Below, one piece after another: positions 12,786 to 25,109 of a DNA stretch of 64,000 bases. The notes beneath the pieces are model-generated. The model was not told where the DNA came from. It worked only from the letters and a program-made list of their open reading frames with translations, and made no database searches. A program made the translations under genes and the position numbers. The stretch is from Octopus sinensis (lineage: Eukaryota). The stretch covers positions 11,160,001 to 11,224,000 of the forward strand of contig NC_043010.1 in the NCBI RefSeq assembly GCF_006345805.1, in the 5' to 3' direction. Positions within the stretch are counted from its first letter, which is position 1; each line of letters starts with the position of its first letter.

Positions 12786-13738
12786 TTGATGACTTGTGTT
12801 TGTCCCCCTAGCATTGCTTGACTACTGGTGTGTTTACGTTCCCGTCACTTAGCGGTTCGGCAAAAAGAGACCGATAGAATAAGTACTGGGCTTACAAAGA
12901 ATAAGTCCCGGGGTCGATTTGCTCGACTAAAGGCGGTGCTCCAGCATGGCCGCAGTCAAAATGACTGAAACAAGTAAAAGAGTAAAAGAGTGATTAAATA
13001 AAGAGCCACTTCCAATTTCTATTGCTCTCATACTGGACTAGATATATATACTTTCTTCTCAAGTTAGAAATTAACCATGAAATATTTCTGAATTCAATTA
13101 TAATAAGTCAATGATGTATGCTTGAGAAAATATGTTGATCTTTCACATAAAAATTAAATAATAACAGACTCAGAGCAATTTCTCAGTGTTCTATGAGAAG
13201 TAAAATAATTAAAAGTAAAATTCTTTGTGATTTACAATCTTGGAAAAGAAATAACTATCAACAATTTGCCTCCTTCCAAGAAGTCTCGTTTACAATCTTA
13301 AATTTTGCCTTCACTCCAAGGAGAACTAGAGACTGACAACAAATTTTATTATGCCATTATGTTTTCACTCAAAGCACAGAAATAACAGCAGACACTGACA
13401 AATATTTTTCTGTTGACAGCATGTTGTAAATAACAATTATACCAAAATCCTTTATGTTTTGGAGCAATAAACAGTCAATAATTAGCTATAAGACTATGAT
13501 TCATTTTGACACTTAAGGTCTTAGCACGGTACTTTTAAAAGTTTATGTGATATGGTTCTTTCGGGCTAAAAAGAATAGCAATTTCATATGTACATGCGTG
13601 CATACACACACACACATACACACACATGTATGTTTGTATGTATGTATGTATATATATATATACACGTGTGTGTTTATATATGTATGTGTGTGTGTGTGTA
13701 TGTATACACACACACACACACACATGTATATTTGTATG

Positions 13739-13782
<44 letters not shown>

Positions 13783-14095
13783 TATACACGTGTGTGTTTA
13801 TATATGTATGTGTGTGTGTGTATGTATGTATACACACACACACATACATATTTACTTTTTTCTTTTACTTGTTTCAGTCATTTGACTGTGGCCATCCTGG
13901 AGCACCACCTGAAAGAATTTTAGTCAAAGAAATCAACCCCAGGACTTATTTTTTGTAAGCCTAGTAACTTATTCTATCAGTCTCTTATGCCGAACTGCTA
14001 AGTTACAGGGACATAAACACACCAGCATCATTTGTCAAGCAATGGTGGTGGTGGTGGCGGGCAAACACAGACACACACAAATATATACATATATA

Positions 14096-14133
<38 letters not shown>

Positions 14134-14546
14134 GGAGTAAGCACATAAATGTGAAACAAGGTGGAGAAAAGAGTACTCAAATACCAGAGGTAGAGTAATA
14201 TGCTTTGTTTAAAGGCAGCAGAAATATAACAAAAGCTGTTACTCAGAGTTTCACGCTCCCATCCTTTCATATTGTTCCAGTCCCTCTTTCAGTCAGGGAT
14301 GAATGATGGCTAGCCTGCTTTGCCAGTGGAATGGTGTCATTTGAAGACTAAAATGATGGGAAATGCATTGTGACCAGCGATGTGTAACATCATCTTATAG
14401 TCTAGTCAATCACGTGATCACATGATATATATATATATATATTGATAAAAACGGTAAGATAACAAAAGAAAAAATGAGACCCCGATATTATGTAAATAGA
14501 GGAATTTATCTGTAAAAGTAATATGTGACAATTATTCAGTAGCCAA

Positions 14547-14607
14547 GATAAAACTCCAAGTTTCGGATGCTGAGGTGGAAATCCAAGCCACCATCTCTTC
14601 AGTTATC
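14547..14607 (-). ncRNA. Predicted minimal type I hammerhead ribozyme (left arm)
   Basis: Minus strand GATAA-CTGAAGA-GATG..CATC-C-GAAAC-TTGGA-GTT-TTATC: stem I GATAA/TTATC, intact core, GUU triplet. Confidence 0.6.
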
Positions 14608-14665
14608 CAGCCATCGGAAAAATGCTATGAAAAGGTCATTTTCCATAGCGTTTTTCCGATGGCCG

Positions 14666-14726
14666 GATAACTGAAGAGATGGTGGCGTGGATTTCCACCT
14701 CAGCATCCGAAACTTGGAGTTTTATC
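14666..14726 (+). ncRNA. Predicted minimal type I hammerhead ribozyme (right arm)
   Basis: GATAA 14666-14670, CTGAAGA 14671-14677, GAAAC 14709-14713, GTT 14719-14721, TTATC 14722-14726. Confidence 0.6.
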
Positions 14727-15060
14727 TTGGCTACCGAATAATTGTCACATATTATCACATATTACTTTTACAGATATTTATATATATATATAAGCGTGTG
14801 GTTGTGTTGTGTGTGTGTGTATATATATATATATAAACACAACCACACACGTGGAAAACAGACGTTAAACGATGATGGTGATTCACTCTATTTTTGTCGG
14901 TTTCAGTCTGCAAGGCTGTTGTAGTCGTTGCCCTCAAAGTTTTAGTTGACCAAATCAAAGCCATTTCCTATTTTTATGTCTTATACTTATTTCATCAAAC
15001 TCTGTTTGTCAAACAGCTGAGTTGCAGGATATAAATATTTAGTAACAACAGAATGAATAC

Positions 15061-15115
15061 CTGATCTAACTGAACTTGATGCAATCTTGCCCAAGACTTA
15101 TTTCGACATTGTAAA
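15061..15115 (-). CDS. Weak candidate exon (phase 2 to 0): LQCRNKSWARLHQVQLDQ
   Basis: Acceptor ttttttttccattcaaactaatag, donor CAG|gtattc, single open frame. Confidence 0.2.
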
Positions 15116-15414
15116 CTATTAGTTTGAATGGAAAAAAAATATGTATTTCTGTATCTCAATAAATAAAACTGTACAGAAAGACCTTTCCCAAGGTCTGTTG
15201 TTCAAAGTTGTTTCATTGATTATATGTAATAGAATCTACACAGTTTCATTGATCTTTTCCAGATGCTTATAATTTATTTTGATTGATTTCTATATTAGAA
15301 ATGAAATACACTCACTAGACAATTGAAAACTTTGATAGGCTGATACATTAACCATGAGCTGGTAGTTTGTTCCATGCTTTTGTTAATTGTTTTAGGTGCC
15401 TATGTTGTAGGAGC

Positions 15415-15640
15415 AGTGGATGTTGGCATAAAGCTGAAGATCAGTGGAAAAGAGAAAACCTACACTGAACTACTGAGAAATCTGCAGTTACTTGATCCAG
15501 ATTACAAGTTGAGATTTATACCTGTAATTATTGGGGTCCTGGGATATGTAACACACTGCCTAAATACCTTTATATATTTGTTGTGCAAGATTTTTTATGT
15601 GAAGTCGTGTGTTGAAGCAGATATTGTTATATTTCGGAAT
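15415..15640 (+). mobile_element. Fragment of a restriction-like-endonuclease (R4/NeSL-type) non-LTR retrotransposon C-terminus
   Basis: DVGIKLKISGKEKTYTELLRNLQLLDPDYKLRFIPVIIGVLGYV resembles the K..EK..KY..L....ipiiiGalG motif of RLE domains. Confidence 0.6.
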
Positions 15641-16146
15641 GGCTGACAGTTAGTAAGGAGAGACACAAATAAGAAAGAAGAAAACAAAGGACCACTGATG
15701 CGGTCACAGGAGTGTGACAAAAGAACTCTGGCCGAAATGAGATTAAGATTAATGTAAAAAATAAATAACACTGAAGCAAAATAACACCAAATATATAGTG
15801 TGTGTGTTTTTATTGGCTAAACTGGCAAAATGACCATTCCGAAATATAACAATGCCTAAATACCAATCTTGAGAAATTAGGCTTCTCAAAACCAAAAAGG
15901 AGTGAGCTGATTTGAAGACTACAGATCCAATCCATCACTGGAACTGTAAAAATTTGTAAAACTTTCCAGGTGTTTATCAGTTAAGTATATATGAGCATGT
16001 CTAAATATACAGCTATATGCATGAGAATACTTATATAAAGCAAAACATACAAATCTGCACACATCCATCCATCCATCCATCCATCCATACATACATACAT
16101 ACGTATATACATACATACATACATACATACATACATACAAAAATAC

Positions 16147-16220
16147 CTTGATGTTGAAATTCCAATGAAGGAGCCTTAAATCTCGGTTAGAAACCGGCTC
16201 TTTCTCTATTGCCAAGAAAT
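16147..16220 (-). CDS. Candidate internal exon (phase 1 to 0): (D)FLAIEKEPVSNRDLRLLHWNFNIK
   Basis: Unique 74-nt island between (CATA)n tracts; acceptor cagttttatttcaag, donor AAG|gtattt; single open frame. Confidence 0.4.
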
Positions 16221-17039
16221 CTTGAAATAAAACTGAGCAATGACATACATACATACATACATACATACATACAACATACATACATACATACATACACAAC
16301 ACAAAACCATGTAGACATAAGAAAATAGATGTAAAGTGGGAATAAAAAAAAATTTAATCTGAATTTTACTATCTTCTGCTTCTTGGATATCATTTACAAG
16401 TCAATGAGTAGACTAACACATTAGTAGACTAACAAAAACTAAAAGAGAATTGATGGTGAGGAATGAAATACCTAAGGATTTCCATCATTATTTTGCACAA
16501 TTCTAAGAGGAGGTTAGTAAAAGGTTATTCGTGATTAAGCTGTTTGTAAAAGTAGAGGAAATGTTTTAAAGTGATTAACCTACTGATCGTAAGTGTCAGA
16601 TGAGAGATTTACATTTCTTTAGTTTAACATCAATGTCGGTAGCTCATTATAACAAAAGCCGTATTTCCTGAAGTACTGCTATTAATGCTATTGGCCTTTT
16701 AGGCTCGATCCTTAATTGGTGTTTAACACCTTTTTAATGTACTTCTCAACATTTTATCATTTTTAGCAAAAGTTCTTAAGTAAAAACGAGTAACGCTAGA
16801 ATCACCTATAACGAGACTATTTAATGAATATAAAAGAGAAAGAGAAAATTATTGCAGGAAAATAATACATAAATTTTCACTAATTCATAATAAAGATGGC
16901 TGCTGTTTTTGTCTTGTTTAAAGCCCGACAGAAATTATTGCAATTGCTAATTAACTGACAGCAAACGTAGTAAACTTGCTCCGATATTTCTATGGCATTG
17001 TCTATAAATACTCAAGAAAGAGTACTTCCCTTTTCTTTT

Positions 17040-17256
17040 ATTTCATTACATTTTCTTCTTTTTCTTCTTCTTGGCCTTCTTCTTCTTTGCCTTCTTCTTC
17101 TTCGTCATCTTCTTCTTCTTCTTCTTCTTCTTCTTTGCCTTCTTCGTCGCCTTCCTCTTTGCCTTCCTCTTCTTCTTCCACTTCTTCTTCTTCCACTTCT
17201 TCTTCTTCTTCTTTTTCTTCTTCTTCTTCCACTTCTTCTTCTTCTTCTTCTCTTCC

Positions 17257-17287
<31 letters not shown>

Positions 17288-17435
17288 CTTCGCCTTCCTC
17301 TTCTTCTTCTTCTTCTTCTTCTTCTTCTACTCCTTCTTCTTTCACTTCTTCCACTTTTTCTTCCACTTTTTCTTCCTCTTCTTCTTCACCTTCTTCTTCT
17401 TCATTTTCTCATCATTATTATTATTGTTATTGTTA

Positions 17436-17473
<38 letters not shown>

Positions 17474-17475
17474 GA
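17040..17475. repeat. (CTT)n polypyrimidine tract followed by (ATT)n
   Basis: Direct reading. Confidence 0.95.
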
Positions 17476-18699
17476 AGTAGTAGTTGTGGTAAATTGTCTT
17501 GTAAATCTATGACTGAAATATTTGATGATTTCACACTAATGATGCCCAAAACTTACTTGAACTTTGACCTGATAACTATTAAGAGATGAGGTTAATAAAC
17601 TAAACCTAAGGTGCTTTTACTGTTTATTTTTTATATTTTATTTATTTATTTATTTATTTATTTATTTTTTACTTAGTGTGAAGACTTAAAATCAAAAGCT
17701 CAAAGCTAGTGAATTCACCACCACCACCATCACCACTAGTATAGTTATATAGAGAAATAGAGCAAAAAGGAGAGAGAGAAGGTGGGGAGAGGAAGATTTG
17801 AAATGATAAAATGTTGATCTACTATACATGAGAGATGAAGGATATAGGGTTATAGAAATATCGTTATGGAGTTGCTAAGCACTTCTCTCAACAATGACAC
17901 ATTACACTTAAATTAAAACAATGACACACCACTGAAAACATTTTTTTTTTTTAAATCAAGAAATACACACAAAAAAAAATTATTGATTTGGGCCAGATTT
18001 CCAATTTGACGATAACTTCTTCCCCCACCCCACCCCCACGCCATCAGCTTCAGAGGCTCTCAGAAAATAAAGGTAATAAAAACTGCCCTTCCCTCTCACT
18101 AAATGGTAAAGAACAAACCATTTATGGTATGGAATCAAAAGTCATTAAATATCTTCCTCATAATGGAAAATGAAGCATAATCTGTAAGTTCATGCATTGA
18201 AGTAGGAATAAGGAAATTTATAATAGGTGGAAGTTCTACATGTCCTGTTAGCGTTGTAATATTTTACTAGGATCTATGCCATTCGTTGTAGCTCCTCCCA
18301 TGCAAAACATTGGGCTTGTACCTTGTCCCAATAAATAGATATATCAATATATCTCTTTCTCAGTAACAACTTAATTTCCTTTCATTTATTCTTTTATACT
18401 TTATGCCTCCGTTTATTCTCTTTCTCTCTTTCACTCTCTTTACTCTTTACTCTTTTGCTTGTTTCAGTCATTTGACTGTGGCCATGCTGAAGCACCACCT
18501 TTAGTCGAGCACATCGACCCCCCAGGACTTATTCTTTGTAAGCCTAGTACTTATTCTTTTGGTCTCTTTTGCCGAACCGCTAAATTACAGGGATGTAAAC
18601 ACACCAGCATCGGTTGTCAAGTGATATTGGGTGGACAAACACAGACACACAAACATATACACACACGCATACATACATATATATATATATTTATATATA

Positions 18700-19016
18700 T
18701 ATCTGTAAATGTAATATGTGACAATTATTTGGTAACCATGATAAAACTCCGAGTTTCGGATGCCGAGGTCGAAATCCATGCCACCATCTCTTCAGTTATC
18801 TGGCCATCAGAAAAATACTGGATTTTTCATAATATTTTTTCGATGGCCGGATTACTGAAGAGATGGTGGTGTGGATTTCCACCTCAGCATCCAATACTCG
18901 GAGTTTTATCATTGCTACCGAATAACTGTCACATATTACATTTACAGATAAATTCCTCTATTTACAAAATATTGAGGTCTCTTCCATTCTTTTGTTGTCT
19001 TACCATTTTTATCAAT
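18700..19016. mobile_element. Palindromic hammerhead-bearing cassette, copy 2 (opposite overall orientation)
   Basis: Same family as 14440-14776; arms about 18700-18815 and 18835-18950; unpaired extension on the right. Confidence 0.8.
18740..18800 (-). ncRNA. Predicted minimal type I hammerhead ribozyme
   Basis: Minus strand GATAA-CTGAAGA-GATG..CATC-C-GAAAC-TCGGA-GTT-TTATC; the plus-strand partner has GAAAC mutated (ccaatac). Confidence 0.6.
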
Positions 19017-19362
19017 ATATATACATACGGTGGGCTTCTTTCAGTTTCCGTCTACCAAACCACTCACAAGGCTTTGGTCAGCCCGAGGCTATAGTAGAAG
19101 ACACTTGTCCAAGGTGCCATGCAGTGGGACTGAACCCGGAACCATGTAATTCATAAGCAAGCTACTTACCACACAGCCACTCCTATGCCAATCACTCACT
19201 ATCTTATACTGTTTCATTCAGTCTTAATACAGAGCTTGTTTTATACAGCACACAAATGCATTACAAGCTGTTGGAAAACAGTAAAGAGCAGAAGCGAGAA
19301 CAGTGTGTGGCAATGAAAGCTAAAAGTACATGCATAATGCATAGAATAAAATACGAAATGGC

Positions 19363-19746
19363 TGGAAGCACTCCGTCGGTTACGAGGACGAGGGTTCCGG
19401 TTGATCCGAATCAACGGAACAGCCTGCTTGTGAAATTAACGTGTAAGTGGCTGAGCACTCCACAGACACGAGCACCCTTAAAGTAGTTCTCGGGGATATT
19501 CAGCGTGACACAGAGAGTGACAAGGCCGGCCCCTTGAAATACAGGTACAACAGAAACAGGAAGTAAGAGTGAGAGAAAGTTGTGGTAAAAGAGTACAACA
19601 GGTATCACCACCATCCCCTGCCGGAGCCTCGTGGAGCTTTAGGTGCTTTCGCTCAATAAACACTCACAACGCCCGGTCTGGGAATCGAAACCGCGATCCT
19701 ATGACCGCGAGTCCACTGCCCTAACCACTGGGCCATTGCGCCTCCA
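19363..19746 (-). mobile_element. SINE family C
   Basis: High identity to 11824-12203. Confidence 0.9.
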
Positions 19747-19860
19747 CACACACACATACACACACATACATGCGCATGTGGTACAGAGCTTGTTGCATAC
19801 AACACATAGGGGCATTACAAGCTGTCAGAGAATATTAAAGAGTAGAAGAGAGAACAGATT

Positions 19861-20006
19861 AGTAAGAAGCTTGCTTGCCAACCACATGGTTCCAGGTTCA
19901 GTCCCACTGTGTGGCACCTTGAGCAAATGTTTTTAACTATAGCCTCAAGTTGACCAAAGTCTTGCAAGTGGATTTGGTTGACACAAACTGAGAGAAGCCT
20001 GTTATG

Positions 20007-20049
<43 letters not shown>

Positions 20050-20333
20050 GTATGTAAATATATATATATAATAATATAATAATAATAATAATAATATTAG
20101 GGAGTAAATCCAAACTTACAGGGAAAAATTAAAATTAGGATTAAATCTAATTTTATAGTATAAATATATATATATTATATTAAATTAGTGATAAAACCAC
20201 TATTAGGCAAATCAACAGTGAAAATCATAAACCAATACATAGAAATAAAATTAATTAATAAAATATATAGTTATATATGATAGTTATATAATTTTAAAAA
20301 AAATAAATAAACAAATAAATAAATAAAAAAAAT

Positions 20334-20386
<53 letters not shown>

Positions 20387-20568
20387 AAATTTATAAGTTT
20401 AAATTATTAATTGATATAATTTTTTAAATCTTAACTTTAATTAAATATTTTAATTTGGAATTTTATATTTTATATTTTATATATTTTTTATTAATTAATT
20501 TTTTTCTATGTATTGGTTTATGATTTTCACTGTTTGATTTGCCTAATAGTGGTTTTATCTTTAATTTA

Positions 20569-20617
<49 letters not shown>

Positions 20618-20885
20618 AGATATAGATATGTATGTATTTATGTATGTGTGTGTTTGTGTCTATGTTTGTACTCTAACCATCGTGTTACAACTGATGTGAA
20701 TTGTTTACATCCCTGTAATTTAGCAGTTCAACAAAAGAGACCGATAGAATAAGTACTAGGCTTACAAAGAATATGTCCTGGGGTCGATTTCTTTTGACTA
20801 AAGAAAACCCCTTTAAGGTAGTGCTCTAGCATGGCCTCAGCCAAATGACTGAAATAAGTAAAAGAATAAAAGAATAAAAGAATAT
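19861..20885 (+). mobile_element. Diverged SINE family A with an AT-rich inverted repeat in its central microsatellite
   Basis: Head and body 19861-20005; 3' body and tail 20650-20885. Confidence 0.7.
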
Positions 20886-21072
20886 ATATATATGGATATA
20901 TATATAAAAGGATTCTTTTAATTTCCATCTACCAAATCCACTCACAAGGTTTGGGTCAGCCTGAAGCTACAGTAGAAGACGTTCAACCAAGGTGCCATGC
21001 AGTGAGAATGAAGGTGGAACCATGTGATTGAGAAGAAAACTTCTTATCACAAAGACACACCTTTGCCTCTCT

Positions 21073-21491
21073 CTCTTTTACTCTTTTACTCTTTTACTTG
21101 TTTCAGTCATTTGACTGCGGCCATGCTGGAGCACCGCCTTTAGTCGAGCAAATCGACCCCGGGACTTATTCTTTGTAAGCCCAGTACTTATTCTATCGGT
21201 CTCTTTTGCCGAACCGCTAAGTGACGGGGACGTAAACACACCAGCATCGGTTGTCAAGCAATGCTAGGGGGACAAACACAGACACACAAACACACACACA
21301 CATATATATATACATATGTACATATATACGACAGGCTTCTTTCAGTTTCCGTCTACCAAATCCACTCACAAGGCATTGGTCGGCCCGGGGCTAAAGCAGA
21401 AGACACTTGCCCAAGATGCCACGCAGTGGGACTGAACCCGGAACCATGTGGTTGGTTAGCAAGCTACTTACCACACAGCCACTCCTGCGCC
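21073..21491 (-). mobile_element. SINE family A, full-length near-consensus copy
   Basis: Head ggcgcaggagtggctgtgtgg to tail (gagtaaaa)n. Confidence 0.92.
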
Positions 21492-21661
21492 TATGTAATT
21501 AAATTCAATATCTGTTGATTATAAAGGTGATGAGCTGGCAGAACCATTAATACAGTAGACAACATGCTAAGTGACATTTCTTTCAGCTTTATGTTCTGAG
21601 CTCAAATTCTGCCAAGGTCATCTTTGCCTTTCATACTTTTGGGGTAGATAAAATAAGTACC

Positions 21662-21892
21662 CATTTCTTTACTACCCACAAGGGGCTAAACACAGAGGAG
21701 ACAAACACAAACAGACAAACGGATTAAGCCGATTATATCGACCCCAGTGCGTAACTGGTACTTATTTCCTCGACCCCGAAAGGATGAAAGGCAAAGTCAA
21801 CCTCGGCGGAATTTGAACCCAGAACGTAGCGGCAGACAAAATACCGCAAAGCATTTCGCCCGGCGTGCTAACGTTTCTGCCAGCTCGCCGCC
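21662..21892 (-). mobile_element. SINE family B inserted in an older plus-strand family B copy
   Basis: Older copy 21530-21661 resumes at about 21895 (aaaataagtacc). Confidence 0.85.
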
Positions 21893-22350
21893 TTAAAATA
21901 AGTACCAGTTGAGCATTGGGGTAAGTGTAGTTGACTAGTTCCCTCCCCTAAAATTTCAGGTCGTGCGTCTATGCTAGAGAGGAAGGATGTCAATTGATTA
22001 CAAAGAATGACAGGCAGAAGAATGGTGAAATGAATTCCCCAGTTTGCCAGCTGCCTGAAAAACAGGTAATAAATTTGGTGCTCCTAGGCTTAACGTAGGG
22101 GACAATAAATTTTAATTAAAATTACATTTATAGTGACAAAAAAAAAAAAAAATTTTAGTTCCTAATTCTGGTCTAAAAAGACAAAGAAAAGTATTCCAGA
22201 ATTGAAGATAATTAACATAAGTTGCAAATGAATACAATGGGGAATGAATCTAGTCTTTGGCAGAACAAAGACAAAGTGTCTTTGATGAGATGCATAAAAA
22301 AGGAAAAAGAAGGGAACACGCTTTGGAATTAGAATTATTTTATGATGATG

Positions 22351-22613
22351 ATCATCATCATCGTTTAACGTCCGTTCTCCATGCTAGCATGGGTTGGACG
22401 GTTCGACCGGGGATCTTGGAAGCCAGAAGGCTGCACCAGGCTCCAGTCTTATCTGGCAATGTTTCTACAGCTGGGTGCCCTTCCTAACGCCAACCACTCG
22501 GTGAGTGTAGTGGGTGCTTTTTACGTGCCACTTGCACTGGTGCCAGGCGAGGCTGGCATCGGCCACGGTCAGATTGTTGCATTTTACGTGCCACCTGCAC
22601 GGAAGCCAGAGAA
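22351..22613 (-). mobile_element. RTE 3'-tail copy
   Basis: Matches the 3' UTR terminus of the RTE at 40590; (CAT)n tail. Confidence 0.85.
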
Positions 22614-22882
22614 TGAACAGTAATAGAAGCAGAAAAGACTTAAACTTAGTCCTGATGTGAGCCTTAGAACTCATAAAACCAGAGTATAATCCATTTTCTA
22701 AAGTGCATGGCAGTACTCCACATCTTTTTTTCACTTGTGATTCACTCATATTCTTTACAAAATTCAGTGGCACACCTGAACTAAAATTATAACTGAAAGT
22801 ATAGGGGAAAAAATTATATTCAGGTTACACTGCAGCACACCTAGGATTGTCTCATGGCATGCCAGTATGCCACAGTATACTT

Positions 22883-23700
22883 GTTATGGAGCACTGGTGT
22901 ATGGTAGTCTCCTATAGGCTCTTGCTGAGCTACCTGTTCAAATGATTTGCTCATTGTGATCAAATGTATGTACTTATATTAGATCACTCCATCTATTAAA
23001 TCAATTTTACCTGAACAGGTGAATAAATGTATCACACGTCAGGTGTCAAAGTCTCCTGTATGCTCTTGCTGAGCTACCTGTTCAAATGATTTGCTCATTG
23101 TGATCAAAAAGTATGTACTTGATATTAACTCACTCCATCTATTAAATCAATTTTACCTGAACAGGTACATAAATGTATCACACATCAGGTGTCAAAGTCT
23201 CCTGTATGCTCTTGCTGAGCTACCTGTTCAAATGATTTACTCATTGTGATCAAAAGTATGTACTTTATATTAGTTCATTCCATCTATTAAATCAATTTTA
23301 CCTGAACAGGTGCATAAATGTATCACACGTCAGGTGTCAAAGTGATCACAGAGCAACACGAGTTGAAGTGTTTTCTCAAAAACACAATGCATACCAGTTA
23401 TACCAGAGCATACCACCGCATACCACAACATACCGGTTATACCACAGCATACCGGTTATGGAGCACTGGTGTATGGTAGTCTCCTATAGGCCAAGAAAAA
23501 CGGTTCTGCAATTTCTTGCTGGGCGACCTGTTCAAATGATTTGCTCATTGTGATCAAATGTATGTACTTTATATTAGCTCACTCCTTCTATTAAATCTAT
23601 GTTACCTGAACAGGTGCATAAATGTATCACACATCAGGTGTCAAAGTGATCACAGAGTAACAAGAGCTGAAGTGTTTTTCTCAAAAACACAATCCATCAA
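22883..23700. repeat. Tandem array of about 145-bp units
   Basis: Unit starts at 22918, 23062 and 23208, plus a fourth at about 23513 inside a larger duplicated block. Confidence 0.9.
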
Positions 23701-25109
23701 GTAGCCCAGGAGAAAACCATGTTCTTGCAACTGTGAGTCCAACACACTAGCCACAAGAGCAAGCACTCTCACTCCATAGAGTAAGAGTGACTGATGTTAA
23801 TATATTTTCTCCTGGATGGGGCGATGGTCTGTTGCAGAATTAACTTCCCAGCTATTGCTTGAACTTGTTTACTGCTGGGTGGACTGAAGCAATATGGAAT
23901 AAGATATTTTACTCAAGAATACAATATAACGCCCGAAATCAAAACCAGAATCTTACAATCAAGAGTGCAGCAATCTAACCACTAGGCTACATTCCTGTCA
24001 GAAAAACCAACTTTGGTTCATTAGGTTGTTCAGTAATTAAAAAAGAGTCTAATGAAGCAGAAAAGAAGCCAGTAATATCTATTTCTTATATATGCACAAA
24101 GTTACAGCTTTATAAATAAGATTTTTCAAGATTCTACGGTGTTCAAGCCTTTCTGAATAGTATTAGCACCATAAGTGAAATGCAATTTTATAGCTAACAG
24201 TTGAACTGTGAAAGAATGGAATCTATTTTAGTCTAGTAAACTGAAAGAAGCAGTTATGTGCTTTGCCCAAGGGTGCACACTTCAATCTCATGGCCATTAA
24301 CCTTTTTTGACTATATTTAAGTTGCACGTATGTTATAATTAATTTTTGAAAATAATCAAGAATTTAAAAGGATTTAGTTAAGTTACTAATTTCACTGTTA
24401 ATTAAGCTAGTGTTTGGAATGCAATTCAACAAAGAATTTTCAATATAATTATGACAGAGGTTTTTAGTTACAAATATTTTTAAATGAATTTTTTTTTTAT
24501 CATTGATCCAAATTTGGTTTCATTTAGGCTGGTATCAAAGGTGTTAAGTCATTTGTAATTAATCAAGTTCATTTGCATTGTTAATATTTTTGGGAAAGGC
24601 TTGAATGTTACAACATCTAATTACTCCATTCATTATAACTATGTAAGAATTCGATATCAATGTTAAAAATAGAAATATTCTTTCTTTTCTCCTTTATGTC
24701 TTCCAGAGGCTCAGATGTTGTAAATATAGGAACAAAAGTGTGAATTACTCAAAACTTATCAAATTTCTTTGAAAATGCTTTTATCAAATCGAAGATAATA
24801 TTATTCGGGAGTGTAATAACCAGTCTGGTGGATAAACAGCTTCCAGTCCAGCAGATAAACATCTTTTAATCAATTTTACAATAACCAGCTACATACTTCC
24901 AGTATTTCTATTACTGGAGAATGGAAGGATGAAACAAACAATACATTATAGATTTTAAGCAATATACTACTGATAAAGGTAATGAAGATAATACAGAACC
25001 GTTATAGACCACCGTAGGATAATAGAAATAGGCTAGAAGTGGCTAAAGAGTAACTAGGGCACTGATCATATATCTAAGTTCTGCCTAAGAGATTCTGCTA
25101 AGACTTTAA

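Larger units (their letters stand above)
14440..14776. mobile_element. Palindromic hammerhead-bearing cassette, copy 1 (Penelope-like pLTR derivative)
   Basis: Arms 14507-14633 and 14639-14776, about 4 substitutions, 1 indel and a 10-bp duplication; 67-bp unpaired extension at left; (TA)n on both flanks. Confidence 0.8.
18430..19190 (-). mobile_element. SINE family A split by the palindromic cassette
   Basis: Tail and 3' body at 18430-18700; 5' body and head at 19020-19190. Confidence 0.85.

Noticed and set aside
15690-15750. CTGATGC...GGCCGAAA hammerhead-like motif
   Set aside because: A9 is mutated and there is no stem I pairing.
20040-20600. Mitochondrial insertion (very AT-rich)
   Set aside because: No recognisable mitochondrial gene or tRNA; explained as an inverted repeat in (TA)n.
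22883-23700. CRISPR-like periodic array (also 35578-36312)
   Set aside because: No unique spacers and no cas genes; eukaryotic tandem duplications.
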